NCBI GenBank assembly: GCA_964196195.1
Contig: CAXMSE010000039.1
Span: 66,329 to 130,328, forward strand
Direction of reading: 5' to 3'
Origin: an uncultured Gammaproteobacteria bacterium
Lineage (GTDB): Bacteria; Actinomycetota; Acidimicrobiia; Acidimicrobiales; Aldehydirespiratoraceae
Length of the DNA stretch: 64,000 nucleotides
How positions within the stretch are numbered: position 1 is the stretch's first letter; each line of letters begins with the position of its first letter. The position numbers were made by a program, and so were the translations under genes. A model generated the notes under the pieces. That model did no database searches, was not told where the DNA came from, and was given only the letters and a program-made list of their open reading frames with translations. This document shows positions 6,701 through 14,003 of the stretch, one piece after another.

Positions 6701-9604
6701 GGCCTGGTTGGGGGCCACGAACCTTCTGGTGAGCGAGGCCGACGTGTCGGGATCGAACGTGGTGGCCGCGGCCAGGGTGTCGGTGACCTCTTGTCTGACC
6801 GGACACTGGCGGCCACCGTCGTCGCGTGCGGGATCATCAGCCGACGGGGGAGGATCGGTGAGTGCAGGGGCGTCGGTGAGTGAGATGTCGAGTTCGCAGG
6901 GGGCCCACAGCTCGGGCGACCCGGTCAGGCCGGACGCCTGTTCACCGCCGACTAGAACTACCAGTCCCTCGCGTGGTTCGACATCGGTGCGGGTGCTGGC
7001 CACCCCTCGACCGCAGGTTCCGTCGGCTCTCCGACTCGGGCTGTCGAAGAGCAGATCACTGAAATTGACAAATGGTCCGATCACTCCCAGCGAACCCTGC
7101 TCCACTAGTAGAGCTTGGGTCGGTTCCTGCCAGCCGTCGAGCAACTGGCGTGACGCCGTGCCTTCCGCGGAGTAGAGGAGGTCGCAACAAATGCCATCAA
7201 CGAGTTCGAACGCGAACGTCTCCGTACCCGTGATCTTCTGGAAAGACGACGATATGTAGGCATCGATGGCCAGGTCGCGTGTGATGGGGTCGGGTGCGAC
7301 GATGAACGAAGGCTCGAGCGTGATGACGAGGTCGGGCTTTTGTCTGGGAGCGATTCCGCCATTCAGGGTGATCTCATCCCAGCCCACGGCGTCGTTGAGA
7401 GTATCGGCCCCGGTGACTGCGGGTTCTTGGGCTGCTGAGGGTTGGGTGAGCGATGGTCCGAAGGTGGCCCCGGCGATGATGATGAGGGCGACACCTCCTG
7501 TGGCGGTACGGGCATTGGCCAGGGCGGGACGGCGTCCGATCACCAGCCCGGCAGCGGTGGCTCCCGACAGGAACGACAGGGCCAACCCGATGGAGATCAC
7601 TCCGGTACGGTTCAGGAGCCCGGCCACCTGGGTGGCGACGAGACCCGCCGCGAATGCGAAGATCGCCAGCGCGCTCCGCTTGGCCATCAGGCCCTTCGGC
7701 GACGTGACGATGGCGAGATTGCGGCCCTGAGTCAGACCCAGCGCCGCTCCACCGACGAGAGCAGCGGCCATGGCCCACACCGGGGCGCCGGCCGCGAAGA
7801 TCGTCATCATCACCAATGCCCCGCCGAGAGCGAAAATGATCCGCAGGAGCTCCATGCTGGGCCGGATTCGACTCGGTCGGCGGGCCAATAGCAGGGCGAG
7901 AGCGAGGCCCGCCAGCGACAGGACGAGCATCACCACTCGGGCCACCCGCAGCAGGGTGGCGGTGATACCACCGGAGTCTCCCCCCGCCGATGAGGATGCA
8001 GCAGGCTGGGAGTCGGCCCCTTCGTCGTCGCCGCTGCCGTCGCTGTCTCGAGGAGCCAGAGCGAAGGTCCCGGCCAGTCCTGCTTCCACGGCATCGGCGA
8101 GGTAGGGGGGAAGCGGCTCGAACAGGGTTTCGAGATCGGTGATCTCGACATCGGCGCACGTGCGAGCGATCGCGGCAGTTTGCCGGAGCCACTCGCGCGC
8201 GGTGGCATCGGCTTTGTCGAGGTCGCCGGACTGGGGGGCCGAGACCACGATGTCGACCATCGAAGCGAGATCGCCCGACACGATGCGGCCGAAGGTGGTG
8301 TCTGAGGTGGGCCTGTCTTCGACGGAGCAGAGTCGCTCGGCTTCCTCCGCACTGCGACCGTCGGGAAGAACGAACAGCGTGAGCCGAATCGACCGCTCGA
8401 AATCGTCGGCGATCTCCCACGTGCAGGTGCCATTGGTACTCGGGAAGAGATCCGAGAAACCCGAGCTCAACGACGCGGCCGCGGGTCCGGGCGACCCGAC
8501 CTGCTCGTTGAAGGCGGAGATCGTGAAGCCGTCGATGGCCGGACATGGCAAGACGAGCGACTCAATCGGCTGCTGTAGGGCCCCTTCGTCGATGGCTGCC
8601 TCGTATGCGGCGGCCTCAACCTCGCAGTCGACCGCCAATATGAGGAGAGCGTCGGCGACGCGGGTGGCTTGGGCTTCCACGTAGGGCCGCACGTCGTCGT
8701 CGGCCTCGATACTGAGGGTGAGAGCAGCTGGCGCAGAATGCTGATCGACTCCATTGCAGCCGTTTTCCCTGTCGGGGAAAGGAAACCCGCTGATGAATCC
8801 CCTATCGGTCACCGCCGGCACAACATCGACCACGACGGTGTAGGAGGCGCTCTGGTAGCGGCATTCGATCCGGGGATTCGATGACAGGATGCGGGTCGGT
8901 AGCTCGTCGACGACCGAGATGCTCGAAGTGTTGAGGGTGGCGAACTGGAGTGCCGCTGAACGGGTGAGCACCGTGCCTGCCGGAATATCGAGCTGGAGGC
9001 AGGCGCCTACTAGCGCGGCGTCGAGTGCTTCCAGCTGGGCGGCAGCGGCATGGTCGAACGCCGGTACTTCGAGCGGAGTGGGGCATGTTTCTGCGAGTGG
9101 GGCGACCATGTCGGCCATCGACTCGGCCACGGCACGTAATCCTGCGACCGTCTCCTCGTTGGTGTCGGCCCTCAGATCGAATTCTGCGGTGATCGCGAGT
9201 GGCGGTCGGAGCTGGCCCATGTCGATCGCGCGGCGATCTCTGAAGAACCCTTCGTAGGGCAGCGCTTCGAGCTTGCAAATGCGTTCAGGCCGCGCCCCTT
9301 GGCGCGTGAACCGCACATCGACGGTAACGGCCGGCCCGATTCCCACGTAGGAGCATCTGGTTCGGATGAGGGTACTCGCCACCTCAACGCCGTTGAACCC
9401 GTTGGAGGCGACGATTTCCTCATAGTCGCGAGGTGTGGCTCCGGGCACGGCAGGGCAGGTGAAACCGTCGTCGAGAGCCTCGATCGCGGCGATGACCGCG
9501 GCGTCTTCAGGAGTGGGCGGCAGCAGATCGTCCTGAGCGGCTGCGGGCGCGGCGCCCAGGGCGACCGAGCCGATCATCGCCACTGCGAACGCGACTCGAA
9601 GCAT
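3698..9604 (-). CDS. Giant membrane protein of unknown function (1,968 aa): signal peptide, 3 x Cys4 ectodomain modules, 6-TM block, second Cys-rich ectodomain, 7th TM, ~800-aa tail
   Basis: Uninterrupted 5.9-kb ORF. The N-terminus MLRVAFAVAMIGSVALGAAPAAAQ is signal-peptide-like. Cys sit at aa 50/84/110/174, 202/248/283/327 and 354/394/426/483. Hydrophobic helices span aa 547-718 with RR/K-rich alternate loops. There are 10 Cys in aa 800-1090, and aa 1151-1172 (AAAAGLIGLIAAMGITAATLA) is hydrophobic. No known catalytic motif was seen. Confidence 0.8.
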   Translation of the reverse strand: MLRVAFAVAMIGSVALGAAPAAAQDDLLPPTPEDAAVIAAIEALDDGFTCPAVPGATPRDYEEIVASNGFNGVEVASTLIRTRCSYVGIGPAVTVDVRFTRQGARPERICKLEALPYEGFFRDRRAIDMGQLRPPLAITAEFDLRADTNEETVAGLRAVAESMADMVAPLAETCPTPLEVPAFDHAAAAQLEALDAALVGACLQLDIPAGTVLTRSAALQFATLNTSSISVVDELPTRILSSNPRIECRYQSASYTVVVDVVPAVTDRGFISGFPFPDRENGCNGVDQHSAPAALTLSIEADDDVRPYVEAQATRVADALLILAVDCEVEAAAYEAAIDEGALQQPIESLVLPCPAIDGFTISAFNEQVGSPGPAAASLSSGFSDLFPSTNGTCTWEIADDFERSIRLTLFVLPDGRSAEEAERLCSVEDRPTSDTTFGRIVSGDLASMVDIVVSAPQSGDLDKADATAREWLRQTAAIARTCADVEITDLETLFEPLPPYLADAVEAGLAGTFALAPRDSDGSGDDEGADSQPAASSSAGGDSGGITATLLRVARVVMLVLSLAGLALALLLARRPSRIRPSMELLRIIFALGGALVMMTIFAAGAPVWAMAAALVGGAALGLTQGRNLAIVTSPKGLMAKRSALAIFAFAAGLVATQVAGLLNRTGVISIGLALSFLSGATAAGLVIGRRPALANARTATGGVALIIIAGATFGPSLTQPSAAQEPAVTGADTLNDAVGWDEITLNGGIAPRQKPDLVITLEPSFIVAPDPITRDLAIDAYISSSFQKITGTETFAFELVDGICCDLLYSAEGTASRQLLDGWQEPTQALLVEQGSLGVIGPFVNFSDLLFDSPSRRADGTCGRGVASTRTDVEPREGLVVLVGGEQASGLTGSPELWAPCELDISLTDAPALTDPPPSADDPARDDGGRQCPVRQEVTDTLAAATTFDPDTSASLTRRFVAPNQAACWDSGIEFGEEGPGGVRSELTYYLARPEPRLAVEFDQDGYGYINGGPRNSDLDLVCELGADGVPLPSPVGECARVGFHQVLAPGGPGQIYILNDFDSADGPNVTVRGVFPSGIFRYRCHHCLPGDPEVASMIQSITAMVNQGEIGGNLGTVLGTRGAPGSVPLGAASASGAAADDSPTNREAAAAGLIGLIAAMGITAATLAESGLTAGDLLTSWREGGAGRVRATLQGAGVEPASRTAPAATVLDEHGNPIQANADDLYAWDTPDGTEMLDRATIEQRIAAASEASRARDSHHERFVAGQYSDEEAEQRFGDMAGRSIADNDAEMTEIRAGWDEVDRLGAQIEARDLALAALEGRERDQDLATLRDTWGQIFSETAQASWNDATEIPGIMVDATRVVVQAATDLENWKILGEGTAETIYDAAGMLAGGTFGDAQESIQQGAVTAGRVGVALGGQFIRHPIDTAAMFIPGRDLYDAMDGDRPLGARLGSVAMGVLDIGTTLAGAGVLSHADELVAVSRTMDLAAEATDVSRVLDATGDAASTARVLDATGDAASTARVIGPTGVAETAAAAPGRMSEAARLAEAAEEARAAARAAAATGNSADTARAMDALAEAEDAADAARRSLFQGDGMGGMGRAEAAGNVSDELAQSVVNMHDELTGAASRQGVTDAVDDFAAEVGFHPNEVMMGNSGSVGAGRSVMTDADRTIVASFTRDQLDSARRAGETYTQTQQRLQSRLSQLHQRAAELRLNSATDPAVILAREEGISLGEAVNRLGDADDPAAAARRLTGDNMDMRSYGGFGAGAGQADAYPMGYTRARQSAQGSTEVFTFGDRAGDAGSYSTSGQAIIDRNELGQMDLRTWDSELQQIERAEGLNTPLANAADIDTAWGAERTFAGLDMAADPTRIGAAEMKGLFTQQQAAMSHYDDAKSVSKAVDRASYVAGRIGQPLPNQQLVDAARTMRANPRATQAVLTQLKMSEAEYVASLKQMMASYQPVFPK
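5024..5108 (-). repeat. Tandem 39-nt (13-codon) duplication inside the giant gene
   Basis: On the + strand, cacccgcgccgtactggcggcatcaccagtggcgtcgag is followed by tacccgcgccgtgctcgccgcgtcgccggtggcgtcgag and a partial third unit. The protein reads SRVLDATGDAASTARVLDATGDAASTARV (aa ~1498-1526). Confidence 0.8.
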
Positions 9605-9722
9605 CAGATCAGGAAAACCCGAGGTAGGTGGTCATCAGCCCTACTGTCTCCGCTGGGGCGGTGCTCCGCCAACCTAGTTCACGCCGGCCAGAGCGGGCAT
9701 GGTGATGTCAGAACCGACCGCT

Positions 9723-11435
9723 TCAGGCGAAGCGGTCGCGCAGCTCTCGTTTGAGGAACTTGCCATTTGCGTTCTGGGGAAGTGGTTCATCGATGAAGAA
9801 GACGGCTTCAGGGTGTTTGAACCTGGCAATCCGACCCTCGAGATGGGTGGCGAGCCCCGCCGCGTCGAGATCAGACCCATCCACACGAAGGATGGCCACC
9901 CCGACTTTCTCCCCGAGTCGGTCGTCGGGGAGGCCGAAGACGGCCGCCTCGGCAACGCCAGGGTGCTCATATATGGCCGACTCGACCTCTGAGCAGTAGA
10001 CGTTCTCTCCGCCGCGGATCACCATGTCCTTGGCCCTGTCGACGATGTGCACGAAGTTGTCTTCATCGACCCTCACGATGTCGCCGGTGTTGAACCAGCC
10101 GTCCTTGATTGCTTCGTCGGTGGCTTCGGGTCGGTTGAGATAACCCTTCACAACTGCTGGCCCGCGCACACAGAACTGACCCACCTGATCGGATGGGAGC
10201 TCATTGTTGTCGTCGTCGACCAGCTTCCACTCGAAGGTCGGCATGATCGGCCCGGCCGAGGTGGGTCGAGCCGTATAGAAGGTGTTGGCCACCGCGGTGA
10301 TGATGCCGTGGGTTTCGGTGAGCCCGTATCCGGTGCTCGGTTTCACCGCCCCATCAGTGCTGTCGATCTTGTCGACCAGATCGGGTTGAAGGGCGGCGCC
10401 TCCTCCTCCCATCTGGGCGAGTGTCGACGTGTCGCGAACCGACCAGTCGTCGTGGAGCAGCATCTCGCGGCTCATGGTGGGCACACCCGTGAAGGTGGTG
10501 ACCTTCTCCCGTTCGATCAATTCGAGCGCTCGGCCCGCATCCCATTTGTGCAGGAAAACGATCTTGGCCCCGATCGCAGTGCCGGGGTGCAGCACACACC
10601 CGTTGGCGGTGACATGGAAGAGGGGAGTGGGGACCATGATGGTGATCGGGGCTTCGGTGGCTTTCTGGGGCACGGAACCGGTGGCGGCCGCCACCTTCGC
10701 CCCGGCCATGGAGGCGACCGTGTTAGCGAATCCCATGTGCATCAAGTTGTGCACCGACCCACGATGGGTTAGTTGAGCGCCCTTGGGTGGGCCGGTGGTG
10801 CCGGATGTGTAGAAGATGCAGATGTCGTCGTCGGGCTGGATCTCGGCGGGGGGCAACTCGACCGGGGCGTCGTCGGGACGCACCACTTCACTCCATCGAC
10901 TCGCGTCGCTCGGTAGCTCACGGTCGGAACGCACCGAGATGACATGCATGGGAGCGTCGTCGCGAAGAATGTCGAGGTGTGGGATCACCCGCTCAAGGCG
11001 CTCATCGTCGGCAATGAGGACCTTGGGCTTCGAGTCGCTGAGCCCGTATTCCATCTCCGACCCTGTCCACCAGGCGTTCATGCCCACCACTGCGGCACCG
11101 ATGGAGATGGTGGCCCAGTAGGCCAAGATCCACTCGGGGTAGTTCCGCATGGCAACGGCGACACGGTCTCCTGGCTCGATGCCGTGCTGGTCGACCAGCA
11201 GATGAGCCAGTGACCGAACCGCGGCGTGGGCATCGGCGTAGGTGTGGCGCTCGTCTTCGAAGACGAGGTAGGGATTGTCGCCGTGGGCGGCCGAAGACTC
11301 CCAGATCTGGCGCATGTTGGCGGGCGCGTTGTCGAACACTCGCATCTGAATTCCGCGGACGTCCTGCAGCGACCACGAGAACGGGGCGCCGTCGGAGGTG
11401 AGTTCGTTCCAGGTTTGGGTCAGTTGATCGATCAC
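9723..11435 (-). CDS. AMP-dependent acyl-CoA synthetase/ligase
   Basis: 570 aa. Contains the AMP-binding motif FYTSGTTGPPKGA, plus GYGLTET, GWFNTGD and a C-terminal NANGKFLKRELR. Confidence 0.9.
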   Translation of the reverse strand: MIDQLTQTWNELTSDGAPFSWSLQDVRGIQMRVFDNAPANMRQIWESSAAHGDNPYLVFEDERHTYADAHAAVRSLAHLLVDQHGIEPGDRVAVAMRNYPEWILAYWATISIGAAVVGMNAWWTGSEMEYGLSDSKPKVLIADDERLERVIPHLDILRDDAPMHVISVRSDRELPSDASRWSEVVRPDDAPVELPPAEIQPDDDICIFYTSGTTGPPKGAQLTHRGSVHNLMHMGFANTVASMAGAKVAAATGSVPQKATEAPITIMVPTPLFHVTANGCVLHPGTAIGAKIVFLHKWDAGRALELIEREKVTTFTGVPTMSREMLLHDDWSVRDTSTLAQMGGGGAALQPDLVDKIDSTDGAVKPSTGYGLTETHGIITAVANTFYTARPTSAGPIMPTFEWKLVDDDNNELPSDQVGQFCVRGPAVVKGYLNRPEATDEAIKDGWFNTGDIVRVDEDNFVHIVDRAKDMVIRGGENVYCSEVESAIYEHPGVAEAAVFGLPDDRLGEKVGVAILRVDGSDLDAAGLATHLEGRIARFKHPEAVFFIDEPLPQNANGKFLKRELRDRFA

Positions 11436-11500
11436 GCTTGATATTGCTAGTCGACGCGACCCCGTCGGGCCTAGATGCGTTGAGGGCCTAGCCTCTTGAT

Positions 11501-12433
11501 GTGAATCCTGACGACGCCTTCCATCCCGCCATCAGAATTGGGGAGGAGGCAGCCGCGGCGATCGACCGAGGCCGTCCGGTGGTAGCGCTGGAGTCCACCA
11601 TCTTCAGCGGTCTCGGCCTGCCTGCCCCGTCCAACCGCGAGTGTTTCGATCGCTGTGTCGCAGCTGTCCGCCTCGGCGGGGCGGTGCCGGCCCTCACTGC
11701 GGTGATCGACGGTACGGCGTGGGTGGGAGTCGAGGAGGATTTTCTCGACCGCGTCTTGTCAGGTTCGGCCAAGGTTGCGGCTCGCGATCTTCCCCATGCT
11801 CTGGCGTCGGGGCTCGATGTCGGCGTCACCACGGTGTCGGCCTCGCTCACCCTCGCCGCAAGTGCGGGCGTGCAGGTGTTCGCGACCGGTGGTATCGGGG
11901 GAGTCCATCGCGGAAGTGAGTTGAGCGGCGACATCAGCCACGACCTCACGGCACTGGCCCGTCACCGGGTGGTCACTGTGTCGGCCGGAGCGAAGGCCTT
12001 CCTCGACCTGGCCCGCACCCTCGAGTATCTCGAGACTCTCGGAGTCCCGGTGGTGGGATGGAATACCAATCGCTTCCCGGCCTTTTACGTGAGAGACAGC
12101 GGACTACCGCTACACACCACCGTCACGTCAGGAGAAGAGGTCGCGAAAATGGTCCGGTCGGCTGCCGCAGTAGGTCACCCCGGAGGCCTGCTGGTGGTCA
12201 ATCCGATCCCCGAGCCAGACGAGCTCGACCCGACCCGCATCGGTGCGGCACTGGAGGGGGCTCTGGCCGAGGTGGCGGCTCAGGGCCTCCATGGCCCTGC
12301 AGTCACCCCGGTGGTGCTGGCCGCCATAGCCTCGGCCACCGACGGCGACAGTGTGCCGGCCAACTTGGCCCTGGCCGAGAGCAATGCCGCGGTTGCCGCC
12401 GAGATAGCCGTTGGCCTCAGCTCGCGGGCTTGA
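11501..12433 (+). CDS. psuG: Pseudouridine-5'-phosphate glycosidase (indigoidine synthase A-like)
   Basis: 310 aa with a GTG start. VVALESTIFSGLGLP, FATGGIGGVHRG and the overall length are typical of PsuG/IndA. Confidence 0.75.
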   Translation: MNPDDAFHPAIRIGEEAAAAIDRGRPVVALESTIFSGLGLPAPSNRECFDRCVAAVRLGGAVPALTAVIDGTAWVGVEEDFLDRVLSGSAKVAARDLPHALASGLDVGVTTVSASLTLAASAGVQVFATGGIGGVHRGSELSGDISHDLTALARHRVVTVSAGAKAFLDLARTLEYLETLGVPVVGWNTNRFPAFYVRDSGLPLHTTVTSGEEVAKMVRSAAAVGHPGGLLVVNPIPEPDELDPTRIGAALEGALAEVAAQGLHGPAVTPVVLAAIASATDGDSVPANLALAESNAAVAAEIAVGLSSRA

Positions 12434-13650
12434 TGTCCACGTTCGATCCCGACGCCCTGATCCTGGAGATCCTCACCGATCCGACCGTGATCCCGGATCC
12501 CTATCCCAAGCTGCGCGAGCTGCGCGAGAGGGCCCCGATCTTTCAGACCTCGCTCACCGGCACCTGGATCTTCACCCGCTACGACGACATCCGTTCAGTG
12601 CTGCGAGACCCCAGATGCGGGAGCCCGCCGCGCGCGAGCCGCACGGGGGAGCGAATTGGTATCGATGGTGCTCGACGCCGCGATCGAGACCCGGACTCAC
12701 TCTCGATGTTGTTTCTCAATCCACCCGATCACACCCGCATCCGGGGGCTCGTGAGCAGGGCGTTCACGCCCCGCCGGATCGAGCGGCTCCGCCCCGAGAT
12801 CACCGCCATGACCGACGGCCTGCTCGACCAACTCGGCTCGGAGGGAGATCTCATCAGCGCTCTGGCGTTCCCGCTCCCGGCCAATGTCGTGAGTGCACTT
12901 GTCGGGGTGCCGGCAGGCGACCGCGATGCGCTACGGCCCCTGATCACCGATCTCGGGGTGGGCATAGAGCCCACCGCGTCGGTCGAAGAGATAGCGATCG
13001 CCGATGCCGCCGGGCGGCGCATCCGCGATTATCTCGTGGAGCTCATCGCCGAACGCAGGCAGCACCCGAGAGACGACCTCCTGTCGGTGCTGATCGCGGC
13101 CAGCGACGGCGACGGCGACCGACTCAGCGAGAACGAGGTGATCGTCAACACGATCCTGATCTACGCCGCCGGTTTCGAAACGACCACCCACCTGATCGGC
13201 AATCTCGTGAGAAACATGGTTGCCCACCCCGATCAGCTGGCGCGAGTCCGTGATGATCGCGCCCTGGTCCCCAACGCGGTCGAGGAGATACTTCGCTTCG
13301 ACCCACCGGTGCAGATCGACGGCAGGTTCGTGCTCCACGACATCGAGGTGGCCGGTCACCACATTCCTGCCGGATCATCGCTAGTCACCTCGCTGGCTGC
13401 GGGAAACCGCGATCCCGCCGTGTTCGACGAACCAGATCGCTTCGATGTTGGCCGGGTCGACACCCAGGTCCTGTCGTTCGGTTCCGGTGTGCACTACTGC
13501 CTCGGCGCGGCCCTTGCTCGCCTCGAAGGCCAAATCGTTCTCGACCGCCTCCTAGAGCGTCACCAGAGCTGGGGCATCACCGCCGAGCCCTCCTGGCGCA
13601 AACGAATCACCTTGCGCGGCGTCGAGCGACTCGATGTCGCGTTCAACTGA
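12433..13650 (+). CDS. Cytochrome P450
   Basis: Internal ATG (MSTFDPDALILEIL...) overlaps the psuG stop (TGATG). The EXXR motif is EEILRFDPP and the heme-Cys loop is FGSGVHYCLGAALARLE. The track ORF's upstream extension (from 12058) lies inside psuG. Confidence 0.85.
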   Translation: MSTFDPDALILEILTDPTVIPDPYPKLRELRERAPIFQTSLTGTWIFTRYDDIRSVLRDPRCGSPPRASRTGERIGIDGARRRDRDPDSLSMLFLNPPDHTRIRGLVSRAFTPRRIERLRPEITAMTDGLLDQLGSEGDLISALAFPLPANVVSALVGVPAGDRDALRPLITDLGVGIEPTASVEEIAIADAAGRRIRDYLVELIAERRQHPRDDLLSVLIAASDGDGDRLSENEVIVNTILIYAAGFETTTHLIGNLVRNMVAHPDQLARVRDDRALVPNAVEEILRFDPPVQIDGRFVLHDIEVAGHHIPAGSSLVTSLAAGNRDPAVFDEPDRFDVGRVDTQVLSFGSGVHYCLGAALARLEGQIVLDRLLERHQSWGITAEPSWRKRITLRGVERLDVAFN

Positions 13651-13680
13651 GGAGATACTGGCGGGCCTGAAGGGGAGCAG

Positions 13681-13875
13681 GTGGCCGACACCGCCGACGC
13701 CACCGATGCCAACGCCGCACCCGTCGAGCAACGGGGCTTGATTCTGGACGAACAGCAGGCTGCGTTCAACGCCTTTCGCAACCGCGACGATGGAAAGGCC
13801 GACAAAATCTTGCAGGAGTTGGGTGGCAACGATCCCGTCGGACGAGACATCGTGCTCAAACTCGCCGGGAAGTGA
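13681..13875 (+). CDS. Small acidic hypothetical protein (64 aa)
   Basis: GTG start preceded by GGGGAG. Third codon positions are strongly G/C-biased, like the neighbouring genes. No recognisable motif. Confidence 0.4.
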   Translation: MADTADATDANAAPVEQRGLILDEQQAAFNAFRNRDDGKADKILQELGGNDPVGRDIVLKLAGK

Positions 13876-14003
13876 CCGTTGGGGATCCTCTTCGAATAGG
13901 TCGGCGGAAGCGGCTCCGACGACACCGCGCGGGCTACTTCGGTCGTTAGGGTCGCCGCCGTGCCTGCCCCCTGTGCCTGTTCGAACCCGTCCACGACGCG
14001 CCG

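Noticed and set aside
9715-9738. A perfect 10-bp hairpin (CGACCGCTTC-AGGC-GAAGCGGTCG) straddling the stop codon of the acyl-CoA synthetase, as a possible terminator upstream of the giant gene.
   Set aside because: No U-tract follows on the minus strand, and half of the stem is coding. It may modulate read-through into the giant gene, but I cannot call it a terminator.
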